From NCBI RefSeq assembly GCF_006345805.1, contig NC_042998.1:38812001-38876000 (forward strand): 64,000 nt of DNA, in the 5' to 3' direction. The position numbers and the translations under genes are program-made. Each line of letters opens with the position of its first letter. The first letter of the stretch is position 1. The notes beneath the pieces were generated by a model. It searched no databases. It was not told the DNA's origin and worked only from the letters and a program-made list of their open reading frames with translations. The DNA comes from Octopus sinensis. Taxonomy: Eukaryota. This document shows positions 25,250 through 39,230 of this stretch, one piece after another.

Positions 25250-25550
25250 TATTCGATTCCCGGACTGGGTTGTGTGTTGTGTTCTTGAGCAGGACACTTT
25301 ATTTTACATTGGTCCAGTTCACTCAGCTGTAGAAATGAGTTGCGACGTCGTCACGGGGACCGAACTGTAAAGGCCTTTGCCTTTCCCTTGGATAACATTG
25401 GTGGTGTATAGTGGGAAGGATGGTACGGATGGGCGACTGCTGGTCTTCCATAAACAACTTTGCTCGGATTTGTGCCTCGGGGCGGGAAGGGGAAACTTTC
25501 TACGTGCAATCCTATTGTCATTCATGACAGAAAAGGGGAGGTCTTTACCT
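25250..25550 (+). mobile_element. CORE/V-type SINE, family C
   Basis: TTCGATTCC B-box, then GTTGTGTTCTTGAGCAGGACACTT…CACTCAGCTGTAGAAATGAGT. A related minus-strand piece lies at about 63520-63630. Confidence 0.55.
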
Positions 25551-25759
25551 TATATATATCTGTATGTGTGTGTGTGTGTATCAAACTGTCTCAAGTGTAA
25601 CTGCCCGAAACAGTCATGACTTCTGCTACCTGACTGAGGAAAGAAGGCCACGAATCACCCGTCTTTTTTTACCTGTCCTTCGAATTGTTGATTCTTTTGT
25701 CCGCCTTTTTATCGTCTATCTGACCGAATGTTTTATAGTCCTCTAATGCGTTTTTGTTG

Positions 25760-25846
<87 letters not shown>

Positions 25847-25920
25847 AATGTATGTATATATGATAGATCGTTAGCCACTACACGCATTTCTTTCTCTCCT
25901 TGTTTTTTTTTTCTGTATCC

Positions 25921-25956
25921 CTTTCTGTAGAAGAGCGTAGGCTCGAAACGTAAAAT
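25921..25956 (+). ncRNA. Minimal type I hammerhead-like motif (variant core) in a PLE-like terminal repeat (about 25860-26050)
   Basis: TTT-CTGTAGA-A-GAGC(GTAG)GCTC-GAAA-CG-TA-AAA. Position 6 deviates from CUGANGA. Confidence 0.45.
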
Positions 25957-26051
25957 ACTTTTTCTATTCCTGACCGTTATACTAATACATCTGTTTGTTT
26001 TGTACACCACCTGTTTTCGTCTTTTGGTTTTTTTCGTAAACTCTCCCTATA

Positions 26052-26090
<39 letters not shown>

Positions 26091-26444
26091 ATGAATCAGT
26101 TTATGCAAAGCAGAGAAGAGAGAACATCCAATTTTTCTGTTATGCCGTCATTAATGTTCTTCTGTTTTTGCCAATGACTGCAAAATAACAAATAGGAAAT
26201 TCGCTCTTCTCTGTTTTCCTCAAACTGATTCATTATTATTTCTCTTCTATCGAAAAGTATCTTTAGAGACAACTGGGTTTTCAGGCGTGAGGGGGTACAA
26301 AGAATAGTTAAACCAACCAACTGAGGGTACATAACCTCGCGTATGTTAACCAGCATTATCAATGGGTTGAGGTGTATATTGGCACCCGCTTCGATTATAC
26401 ATCCCTATCAATCAAAAATTTAGGAAAATCTTTGGAAACTAGAC

Positions 26445-26504
<60 letters not shown>

Positions 26505-28345
26505 TGCGTGTCCGTGTCCCCATGAACGTAAAAAATTTTGTGTACGCATTCATGTTTCAAGTCATAGATATTATTATATACGCAGAATTGTGTTTTGACA
26601 AATATCTATGCTGTCGTAGAACTGATTAGGCGTTGTTTTTTTCTGGTGCGTGAAACTCAATGTTTTTACTTCTCAATTTTGATACAGGCCCAGTCACGGA
26701 CTAATAATTACAAGGAGAAATCTAAAGCTACGGTTCGGATGGGGCATCTGCAGATTTCTCATTATCTCAGCATAGATGTTAACTAAAGGAGGACATTCCC
26801 TTTGTATTATTTCATGTCGTCGGTGATTATAAGCTCTACATCCATGTAACTTTCTTCTGTAATGTTCTAGCCACAACATCATGTGTCATGCGAATATATA
26901 CTTTGATAATATTCTCAGAAACAACTTTTGGTGGCATTTTCTCTGTTCAAAGCCACAAAGCCTGCAACGTTTGTCGCATAAAGTTTGCTTAACGTCATCC
27001 CTATTCCATTGATGCAAAACGTGTTTTGTTGTGACTTCTTATTTTTGGGTAGCAAATATACATCATCATTAAGTTTAAAATTACTGCTGCGGGTTATCAA
27101 TTTTCGGGTTTTATCATCAAAGCCCGTCTTTCGTTTAGCTTCCAATTAAATAACAGCAAACACAAAGTTGATTATTTATTTACTTTGTGATGAAACATCT
27201 GAAGATCATATTTCCTTTATCCAAGGTATTATACTCATTAGATAAGCATTTCTTGTATCGTACCTTATCTAATATCGGAGAAATAGGTCGTAGATATAAT
27301 GTTGCAACATGGGCTTGTAGTTCTGCTGTGTTTTCTACAAACATGTATAAAAACCCTGGACAAACGTCATATTGTTATCCTTCGAAAATGTCTTAAACAG
27401 TCCGAAACCTTTTTTGAAATATATCTCCATGATGCTGTTTCCCAACATTGACGAAGGCAAGTCGTCTATGGTCATCATAATATTACCTGGAACAGGCTAA
27501 AATCAAAAGGACCTTAGCATCCACGAGTGAGGAGGGGGAACCAAAGTTCCTCCAACGGTGTACGATCTCTGACCTCACAGTTTTGTGAGTGGCTCAGTGT
27601 ATCACCTAACTCCTTTCTTCTCAGCTGCTTGTTCAGCTATGATGTTTATTTCTACCAGTGAGCAATTTGGAATTGGTTCAAACAAGTTGTACACATTTTT
27701 TATGTGGCATTCTGGTATGTAGTTAGTCGGTAGTGTTACACAATGTGACTAGCATATTTTAAATATCAGTTTTGTTTCTGCTATAATGTCAACCAGTTAA
27801 GTATGTTTATATCTCCAACGAGTGCTTGCTGGTAAAGATCAATACCTCCAATAGGTCACTTATTTCCTGAGAAGGAACCTCACAAACCCCTTCGTATATG
27901 TAAACTGCTGGTTAATTGAAGTAAAATTTGATCGTAATGATTTTTCAGCCAGCTACTCTTTTCTGAGATCGGATTTTTTCACTGGCAGATTCGAACCCCC
28001 GTTTCAGAGTGACCTATCTGTATTCACGTGTTTACAATTTACGGGTTCCAAATATTGCTTTTTATCTTATTTTTCAGTCATTGTTGTAGGAAGTGTATTT
28101 ATTCGTGTTTGCACGTAACAGACAACGCCTCATAACTGATAACTCTCCGTTGGGCAGTGTTCTCATTTTCCATTTTGGAAAATGGGATCCATGCCATGCG
28201 CGCCCGCGATGGACGTGTGTATCTTTTCGCTTGCTTCAGTCATTGGACTGTGGCTATGACGGGACACGGATACACATAGACACACCCACCCGCACATACA
28301 CACACATACACGCGCATACACATATATATAAAATATCTATATAGA

Positions 28346-28389
<44 letters not shown>

Positions 28390-29207
28390 AAATTAAAAGA
28401 GGGTGGCTTTAACAATTAGAACCTAAAGGCAAAATTAATAGGGGTCACAAAACTAACGGAGGGTACTGACTAGCACCGCTTATGCTAAGATAAGATTTAA
28501 ATTAACTCTAAAGTCACTAAAACGTTTTACTTAATGGGAAGTATGTCGCTAGCGTACATAGCCGTATCACAATTTCGAATTCTGGTGCGAACCACCTTAA
28601 TCCTCATCTATGACAATTTCATGGTTCGCTGAACACTCTTCTCGTGTCCGCCTTCCTTCACCAACCAGTAACACAGATCAGTAGCAATATGAAGCGGAGA
28701 CATCGCGGGCTAAAAGTGTCGCTATTGGACTGACTCGCACACTTGCGCTTTAAAAGCGCATGACTGAATGATGTGTGTTTAATGCAGAAGGTGGGGTATA
28801 GCTCAGAAAAAAAGGAAATACAATTAAACATAACAAAGCATCGGCTTATTTAAAATAAGAATGTGATCACACTCTTTGTATATTACCGGTGTGCAAAAAC
28901 AAAGAAGGAAGAAGGAAGAATCTTGACAGACCGTTCATCGGATTGTTAAGCGCTCCGCAGGGAAGAGACGCACTCCCGCTTTTTTCACTTAGCAATATTC
29001 ACTCTCTTATTTCACACATAAGGCTTTCTAATGCATACATATGAATATGTGTGTGCGGACATGTAGATTAATCGATAGATCGATTAACTGATAGGCAGAT
29101 CGTTATGCCTATATGTATGTGTGGGTATAAATAGGCATATAAACATACACATGTGAATATATGTATCACTACATAAATGTATAAATCACATACACACACA
29201 CACATAT

Positions 29208-29346
29208 TCTTTCTTTTATTTGTTTCAGTCATTCAACTGCGGTCATGCTGGAGCACAGCCTATAGTCGAACGAATTGACCCCAGGACTTATTCTTTGTAA
29301 GCCTAGAACTTATTCTATCGGTTATTTTGCCGAACCGCTAAGTTAT
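29208..29346 (-). mobile_element. CORE-type SINE family B, 3' part
   Basis: TGTTTCAGTCATTCAACTGCGGTCATGCTGGAGCAC…TTGCCGAACCGCTAAGT matches the copy at 57790-58187. Confidence 0.8.
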
Positions 29347-29461
29347 GGAGTACTTGATTCGTTCGAGTAAAGGTCTTCTGGATGGTGCAGTCGGACAAGT
29401 AAAGGATAGGAGGGGGGGAACAAATAAAGGATAAATATGTGAGGCGCTCCAGGTAAAAGAA

Positions 29462-29492
<31 letters not shown>

Positions 29493-29966
29493 ACCTTGAG
29501 GGACTGATTCCCTGTAAAGACATCGGTCTCTAAGTTTGAATCTTTTGAGCACTACTGTCTTCTATACGGAAAATCTCTGGATCTCATCACTGGACTATGT
29601 GTGTGTGTATGTGTGTCCGTATGTATGTGTAGAAGTTAATGTTTGTTTTGTATGATTAGTTGTAATGTAAACAATTTTACATTAACCTTTACATTAGCTT
29701 TGTAGAGTACATATTTATTATTCTTAAACAAGAATAATATCCACAGTGACTTCGAAGTGTCGGTGGCTTGTTTAAGCCATCGTCGGACTGACAAGAATAT
29801 TGTTGTTTAAGAATGTTACGTGTGTGCGTGCGTGTGTATGACAGATGAGCGGAATCTCTGGGACGTCCATCCGGTTCCTTGCGTCTCATGTTTAAATGCG
29901 TCTCAGTTCAGCTTTACTCTTCAACCTTCCGAAGGCGAAAAGTCGAAAACAATATATCCTTCAATT

Positions 29967-30015
<49 letters not shown>

Positions 30016-30133
30016 ATCGTCTCATTCCCTAAATATTCTTTGCTTTGTGCCAAAATTAGAATATGTGTGTGTGTGTGTGTGATTGTACATTTATACATTC
30101 AAAAATAGATTATTATTGTTGTTGCTGTTGTTG

Positions 30134-30173
<40 letters not shown>

Positions 30174-30328
30174 CATTATTATTATTATTATTATTATTAT
30201 AAGATGAAATATATTGAATAGTATTCTCGACGCTTTACCTGGAATAAAATGTATGCACTTTACCTTTATTGCATTTCACAACCACAAATTGTTGGGATAT
30301 ATTGGTACGAACGTATTCATAAATGTAT

Positions 30329-30477
30329 TTCTTTACTGCCCACAAGGGGCTAAACATAGAGGGGACAAACAAGGACAGACAAAGGGATTAAGTCGATTAC
30401 ATCGACCCCGAAAGGATGAAAGACAAAGTCGACTTCGGCGGAATTTGAACTCAGAACGTAACGACAGACGAAAATAC
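30329..30477 (-). mobile_element. SINE family A with an internal deletion
   Basis: AGTCGATTACATCGACCCC is joined directly to GAAAGGATGAAAG…GGCGGAATTTGAACTCAGAACG. Confidence 0.8.
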
Positions 30478-30588
30478 ATGCCGAATGAAGAAGAGCGGCG
30501 CACAAACCGCAAACTCACGCACGCAACTCTCATATATACACAACGAAAATTATTTTTCGTCGTGTTTATATGTGTGTGTGTATGCGTA

Positions 30589-30638
<50 letters not shown>

Positions 30639-30863
30639 GTAAATATTTAGGTATGAGTGTGTATGTGTGTATGTAAAAGTATATTTATTCATAGAGGTAT
30701 ACATGCACTTTCACACATTCATATTTATATACATACGTGCTTACCTACATATGTGTGTGTGCGTGTGTGTATATATATATATATACCCATATACATACAT
30801 ACATATACATATATACCCATATGCATACATATATATATATGTATACATACATATACACATACG

Positions 30864-30894
<31 letters not shown>

Positions 30895-30966
30895 ATGTGA
30901 CCGCGTGTGTACCGTTGATGATTTTTTTCCTCTGTCTTCCGTTCTCTGGATCTTTCCTTCTCCTAT

Positions 30967-31001
30967 GTTTCCGACGAAGAGCTCCGCTCGAAACGTTAAA
31001 C
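30967..31001 (+). ncRNA. Minimal type I hammerhead-like motif in a PLE-like terminal repeat (about 30890-31110)
   Basis: GTTT-CCGACGA-A-GAGC(TCC)GCTC-GAAA-CG-TT-AAAC. Stems I and II pair perfectly and stem III is the palindrome AC/GU. A degenerate sister copy lies at 17895-17931. Confidence 0.55.
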
Positions 31002-31110
31002 CCTCCTTCTTTCCTTCTTTCCTGAGCGTCCAATAACACTATATTTGTTCCACGTCCTCGCGTTGTTGTGTTTATTATTTTTTTTTGTGCGTTCATGTTT
31101 GAATTAAGTT

Positions 31111-31174
<64 letters not shown>

Positions 31175-31806
31175 TATATATATACATGCATACACTCGCG
31201 CACATACAGACGGAATGTGAGAGTGAGTACCTAAGTGTGTGCGTCTTGTCACCAGCCATATCAATATATCTATCCCATGCTTATCTAGACTAATGTAGAC
31301 AGCTGTGTGCATCTGACTGCTCGCCTGTTTTTACTTAGACAAATCCTCTCATGCAATAATTATTCCTTTAACAGTTCTGCTACGCACCAACACGTTGCTG
31401 TGCGTTTCGTGCATTTCACTGACTTTAATCATATTATATCGGAAAAATGCGCCGAGCTGATGTGATTAGATGTACAAATGAATCGGCAGGTAGGAAGGCA
31501 AACGTAAAAAGTTACGTGTGTGTGTGTGAGTGCGTGTATATACAATTATATATATATGTGTGTGTGTGTGTGTATGCATATACACATATGTAAATGTGCA
31601 CATATATATGTGTGTGTATGTATATATATATATATATATACGTATGTATGTTACACACATTTTTACTTGCATATTCGGTCGATTTCTCAATTTCTCCCCC
31701 ACATATATTCTCTCTCTCGCTCTCTTTATTTTTCCTCTCTGTTTTCACATACACGCACTACACACACATATGCGCATATATGTACGTGTATGTATGTGTG
31801 TATATA

Positions 31807-31941
<135 letters not shown>

Positions 31942-32610
31942 TAGATATGTATTATGTGTGTGTGTACCTCATTGTATACACATTTATAGACAAAAACTTA
32001 CACATACGCACATACTTAAACACATGTATATATATTTATATATTTATATATGTATATATATATACATATATATACTCACATACATATACATGCATGTATC
32101 TATATGTTTACATACACGCCCATACATATATATATACATATATGCATATATATATATACATATATATAATATATATGCTTACACGTTTATATACAGTTGT
32201 GTATATTTTCATATGAATATGCATACGTTCAATAAATTTTCATATATGTTTATGTATATATATATATATATACACACATATTTATACATATGTCCATATA
32301 TAAAATAAGAAAGTTTAGTCTTAAAATCCATACATTTTCAAGATAAGTATATATAAGCATAGATATGTGTGTGTGTGTAACTTTAAGATATACATACATA
32401 AATATATACACATAGATATATATTTATATATGTATAAATATATAAAATGTATATATACATATATGAAATATACACACAAAACCCTCTCCCCCTACACACA
32501 CATACCTATATATATATGTTTGTATATGTGTGAGTATATACGAATTCATAGATTTACACATGTACATACACACTGGTATATATATGTTGTATATATGTAG
32601 TATATGTGTG

Positions 32611-32641
<31 letters not shown>

Positions 32642-32727
32642 GCGTGTGTGTGTATATGTATATGTCTATATACCATATATGTACACCTATATATAAACAT
32701 AGATATATACATATACACACACGTACA

Positions 32728-32735
32728 TGTGTGTG

Positions 32736-32828
<93 letters not shown>
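32728..32828. repeat. (GT)n microsatellite, about 50 units
   Basis: Directly visible, with one GC interruption. It reads (CA)n on the GPCR sense strand. Confidence 0.95.
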
Positions 32829-32830
<2 letters not shown>

Positions 32831-32936
32831 TTTATAAAAAACTAACATTTTTTAAAGTTTGTTGTCTTTCTGTAAGGAGAAATTTAATGACGGTTAACTA
32901 CATCGGGAGTAAAACAATATGTACCTTGTTAGTTAA

Positions 32937-32942
32937 ACTTAC
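32937..32942 (-). promoter_or_regulatory. 5' splice donor of the GPCR exon
   Basis: The minus strand reads AAG|GTAAGT, a perfect U1-type consensus, at the basic end of ICL3 just before the expected TM6. Confidence 0.85.
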
Positions 32943-33848
32943 CTTTCTTTTCGATCGAAGTTGCTGGGAATCCCGCACTCGATCGGCATTTCCTGGCGCA
33001 GTTCTTCGCCAGAGGATAACTCCGATAATACTGTAGGTAACTCCAAGAATCAACATTGGTAACAAATATGTAATTGTCAAAACAAATAATGTGAAAACTC
33101 TTCTTGGTGTAGCATTGGGCCACACCTCTTCACACTTTGTGATAGTTAAATTTGGTAGTCCACCACCTTTCGCCGGCACTTTTAAGTCAAAGGCTCGACC
33201 CACAAAGAGATTAACAGAAGCAAGCATAACAGATGCAATCCAGATAGGAAGTATGATACATTTCGACCTTGCTGATGTTAACCGTGATCTTAACGGAAAA
33301 GCCACAGCTAAAAACCTGTCGATTCCTATGGCCATGTTTGTCGAGACACTGGCTGTCACGGCGACCATTTGTACAAATAAGACCATCGGACAAACGGGCT
33401 TTGAGAAAATCCACGTTTCTAGAAGTACATACGTGAAAGTGAACGGCATACAAAAGATAGCCATGACCAGATCAGCAATAGCGAGATTGATCAGAAATGG
33501 ACGGAGGTCAGTGCGTGACCATTTGCCAACTGTAAACACTAATATTACGATAATATTTCCCGTTATGGCCAAAATCGTTGTTGTAGAATAAAGAAATATG
33601 AGGCCGATTTTCGACTCGTTGGTCAACTCGTGTCCAATGACGGCTTTGGATATGTTGTCCTTCAGCATGTAGTTTTCATTGTACTCGTAAGAGTCGTTCA
33701 CCATGAAAGAGAAATTGTTCGAGTAGCAATCGTTATCACAGTCGCTATCCAAGAAAGGCCGTAGAAGTGCACTGGGCGAGATATCCGCTTCGCTCTTTAA
33801 GGTAGCAGATGTCATTGCCGGTAAAATCTGTCCCGTCGTCTGATTCAT
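32943..33848 (-). CDS. First coding exon of a class A (rhodopsin-like) neuropeptide GPCR of the tachykinin/RYamide/leucokinin/GPR83-like clan; TM1-TM5 and ICL3; ligand unknown
   Basis: The ORF carries GN (TM1, LAITGNIIV), NLAIAD (TM2), FCMPFTF, W-x-F and the TM3 Cys, DRF, the TM4 W, the ECL2 Cys (KCEEVW) and YLLP (TM5). The N-terminus has several N-x-S/T sites. Similarity stops at RSKRK, exactly at AAG|GTAAGT. 906 nt = 302 codons, phase 0. An in-frame TAA lies upstream with no earlier in-frame ATG. Confidence 0.93.
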
Positions 33849-33897
33849 TGATATGGATGATCTGCTGGGCCAGTTAGCATATGGAGCCGAATTGAGG

Positions 33898-34026
33898 TCA
33901 GCAGGATGCTGGAACAGTTTGTGCCATGTTGCTCGGTGTAAGATACGTGTACGGCTGTTGTTGTTGCTGTTTCTGATACTGTGGTTTTGTTGTTGTTGTT
34001 GTTGTTGTTGTTACTATTATTATCAT
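33898..34026 (-). other. Possible upstream ORF (42 aa) in the GPCR leader, containing an (AAC)8 tract and an inner ATG (MAQTVPASC)
   Basis: ATG at 34026 and TGA ending at 33898, out of frame with the main ATG at 33848. This only matters if the region is in the mRNA, which cannot be shown from sequence. Confidence 0.35.
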
Positions 34027-34523
34027 GGTTACAGTACTACCACGCTCGTATGATCGTTATAAATTGTTTTACTTTCACCCGTACACACACCAAGCAGGTG
34101 GAATGAAAGAAAATAACGCTTTGTGCCCTGAACGTATTCTAAGTTAATACTTTTTTTCCCTTTTAACTTTATATATCGTTCAAGTAATAAAACCAGCGAC
34201 ACCGACGACTATTATCAACTACTGCTTCTATTTATTATGAAAATAGGTAATTTTAATGGTACAACATTGTTGTTGTAACTGCTGCTGGTGCTGTTGTCAA
34301 TGTTGTTGTTGCTACCGCTGCTGCTGCTGCTGATGATGATGATGATGTTGTTACTGCCGCTGCTGTTTTTGTTGTTGTTGTTGGTGTCGTCGTCGTCTGG
34401 ATTATAAATATTGACTTTTCGGGTGAGGTGTAATTTTGCACGCGCGTACGCCAAACACGTGCTTCCTTGTTGCGCACGTCTGTATGTCTGACCGTGTTTC
34501 CGCCTGAATGTGTGAGTGTGTGA

Positions 34524-34587
<64 letters not shown>

Positions 34588-34906
34588 GTGCGTGTTAGTG
34601 AATTGACATTAGCAGAACGTGGAACGGTAAGAAGATACAACTGAAATATTGTCATGTACGAGGTTTTACGCATAGACTCGTCTGTTTGTATGTGGAGGAG
34701 TACGTTATGGAGATAAATCTATACACCTGTAACATGTTCATGTATGTATAATCTGTGTTTGTGCAGGAGAGAAAAGTTTGTATAACAAAATACTTTCCGT
34801 GTATGTACAATTAGTGTATCCGTGCGTTCACCTTTCTGCGTTTTTATGCGTATAATTATGTACATTTAAGCGGTGGCTAGAATTTAATAGATAGATAGAT
34901 AGACAG

Positions 34907-34939
<33 letters not shown>

Positions 34940-35598
34940 TGAATATTAAAACTTCCTGTGTGACTGTGTAAAAGGATTTATCAGCGAGTGTGTGTGTGTG
35001 TGTGCGTCTAGCATGTGTGTATAAATGCGTGCGTGTCTATGTGTATGTGAGAACACAGCTGGGAAATGTGCACGTGCGTGAAATATGTACTTATAAAATG
35101 GTAAGTAGATGCATGTGTATACAGGATTTCAGAACGTGGTAGAAAGGGAAAGTTACAGAGCTGAACAGATCCCATTCGGAACATCACAAAAGCACACAAT
35201 ATTTATATATACATACATACATACGATTTATATATATCTTAAATTTCCTTTGCTTGTCAGTTTAAAAGAAATTCATGTGAGTAAACATCCATTAGCATGT
35301 ATACATAATTATATATTGGTACACACATATATATATGTATATACATGCATATGTTTTATATATATATACTTAAGTGTGTGTGTGTGTGTGTGTGTGTGTA
35401 TTTATGTATATATAAGTTTGTGTTTTGCTATAGATCTATATATATATACGTAGGTTCCTGCGTGTGTGTTTGCGTCCATACATACGTACGCTGGTGAGGG
35501 AAAACGTATACATAATTTGCTTCAACTATAGAAGTTCCAGTTGTCCGCTCTGCTAGACTTATGTATAGTAAGAGAAGGAAAAGAGAAAATGACGGAGA

Positions 35599-35640
<42 letters not shown>

Positions 35641-35819
35641 AAAAAGCACCGAACTTTGAAAATAAAAAAGAACAAAAACCAAAAAGGAAAAAGTGGGAAG
35701 CAAGCGAAAGTGAGAGCGATTTGTGGAATGAGAGAGAGAAGGAGGAAGGATGCAATAATGAGAATTGTGATTGGGTGTTTTGCGAGATTGAGAGAAAGAA
35801 AGTAGAGAGAAAGGGAGGG

Positions 35820-35853
<34 letters not shown>

Positions 35854-36638
35854 AGAGAAAATGCGCTTTATGAGTTAGAGTCTGTCTATGTGTAAATGTA
35901 GAAAACACTTCGTTATTCAATATTATCGGCACCACACATCCGCATATCTATCTATATATGTGCGTGTGAACATATATATATATATATATATAAAGAGAGA
36001 TGGGGTGGAAGAGGGTGAGAGAGTGAGAGAGGGAGGGCGATAGACTCACCTACATATCCAGTCACCCCCCGCCACGCACAGGGGCAAATTACACAGCTTG
36101 CGCTAATTAGAATCGTACAACGATATCTTGTAATCTTTCCTATAGTTTCTGCTCCAAGTTGTTCCTCTGGTGGCGCACGGTTGTTACCTTGTCGTTTGAA
36201 TAAAAGTGGGGGAGACGAGAGAGGGAAATAGTCATTGGACACATTGTGGTTCCAACTTCGCTGCTTAGTTACGATTCCAAACAGACTCTTACATTCGGCA
36301 TCGACATCGAGATCGATAAAACAATAAACAGTAATATCATAAGGAAACTATTTGTTGCCTAAAACAGAGAGAGAGAGGGGGGGGCACGCACGTGCGTTTA
36401 TAAGTGAGAGAGAGAGTAAGGGCGGGGAATGAGTGAAGGAAAGAGTGAAAGTAATGCACGCGTATACACGAGTGTATGTTGCCACGCACGCGTGTGTGTG
36501 TGTGTGTGTGTGGCGAGCGTGCGTGTCTTTGTGCTTGCGCGTATAAACGTGTGTGTGTGTGTGTGTGGCGAGCGTGCGTGTCTTTGTGCTTGCGCGTATA
36601 AACGTGTGTGTGTGTGTGTGTGCGTGTGTGCGCGCACG

Positions 36639-36685
<47 letters not shown>

Positions 36686-37002
36686 AACAGACACAGAGAG
36701 ACAACGAGTGTGTGTTTGTGTTGTTGGAACAGATGTACATTTGAACGAGCGAACAAAAGCTACTAAAATGTAAGGAAATAATTTGTATAGCAAGTGGCGG
36801 CCCTTTTATAAGACTGGGTTCGAATCCTGGTATAACAAAAAAAATTCAAAACAACAAAAACGTGTTTCTCTTGTGCGCATGATTTTCTGACTGTAATCAT
36901 TCGTCGAGAGAAGGACAAATGCGGTCAGGAGAGCATCTCTTCACACACTCTATAATGATGCTGATGTTTGTGCCTATCCAAACGTACAATATATACATTT
37001 TA

Positions 37003-37102
<100 letters not shown>

Positions 37103-38021
37103 GTTCTTTTGCATGTTGTGTTTTGACGGTTTCCGTTTGTTGTGTTTTTCTGTTCTACCTTTCAGATATATATATGTATGTATGTATGTGTATACATATA
37201 TATATATCGTTTGTATAAAAAATATAAATCCGAAAGAAGAAGCATGATGTTGAGCAGTGTATGTTAGAAATGGGGATAGGCCGGTTTATGGTATTACCTT
37301 AGGTTTCGCGTTCATAGAGCTTAACCCTTTTATGGACGAGAAACCTAAGCTGATCCCATAAACCGGCCTTCCCTGTTATGTATATGTGTGTGTGTATATA
37401 TATATATTGATAAAAATGGTAAGACAACAATATATATATATATAATATAATATATATATATATAATATATATATATATATAATATATATATATATATGTA
37501 TGTATATATATATATACTACATACATGCATATATATATATATATATACACGCATACACACACACATATACACAGATGTATGAATGTAAATGTGTAATCTG
37601 TACGTGTGTGTGTGTGTGTGAGAGATCCACAACTGCTCACAAATTTCTACAGACATGAATAAATTCTAAGCAACAACATAAGCCCAAGTTTAATCAATAA
37701 AAAGTTTCCCAAAACACCTCTCCATAACGACACACCCTAAACTCCACGCTTATCCATGCACCCAAGGAAGATTTGAACTCAACAGAGACTATAAGACCAA
37801 CATTAACTTCAATGCATCGCAGCCCGAAGATGTTTACGTGGACAAAACTACGAAGTTACTGTCAATAATATTCGTGTTTGAGAATAATAAATATGAACTC
37901 TAGAAAAGTATAGTGACCCTTCAAATTAATGTTACATTGTTTTTATTATAACTGAGCATAAAAAATGAACATTAATACAAGCATGCATACACACATACGT
38001 TCGTACATACATACATACATG

Positions 38022-38095
<74 letters not shown>

Positions 38096-38096
38096 G

Positions 38097-38180
38097 TACA
38101 AGATAGTACTAGCGTTGCTAGAAATAAGAGTCGGAGTATTTTTCGACTCTTATTTCTAGCAACGCTAGCACTATCTTGTA
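38097..38180. repeat. 84-nt near-perfect hairpin (37-bp arms, 10-nt loop)
   Basis: TACAAGATAGTACTAGCGTTGCTAGAAATAAGAGTCG / CGACTCTTATTTCTAGCAACGCTAGCACTATCTTGTA, with one mismatch. Confidence 0.95.
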
Positions 38181-38302
38181 GTCTTATAATTTTATTAATT
38201 TACCTCTTTGGTTTTTATGCTAGCTAGCGACTTATATTATTATCATCTATTTATTGATAATAATATCTTTATTATTTATTTATGTATGTATGTGTATGTA
38301 TG

Positions 38303-38368
<66 letters not shown>

Positions 38369-38549
38369 TAGAGTTCAATTTAATGGCTCCACTAGAATGG
38401 ACGAAAGCACTGTTATATATATGAAATATGATATATGATGTATAAAAAGATGTAACATACTAATAAATATCTGTAAATATAAAACCATCCAGATTTCTGA
38501 GTACCTTATTTCTTCTTATATAATATCTATACATCATCTCCAAAACTTC

Positions 38550-39230
<681 letters not shown>

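Noticed and set aside
26640-28050. Microsatellite-poor block considered as GPCR exon 2 or the last exon
   Set aside because: There is no TM6/TM7 (CWLP, NPxxY) in the minus frames I read, and there are frequent stops. It is probably a decayed repeat that I cannot classify.
34215-34673. N/S/I-rich ORFs upstream of the GPCR
   Set aside because: Products of mixed trinucleotide and (CA)n repeats.
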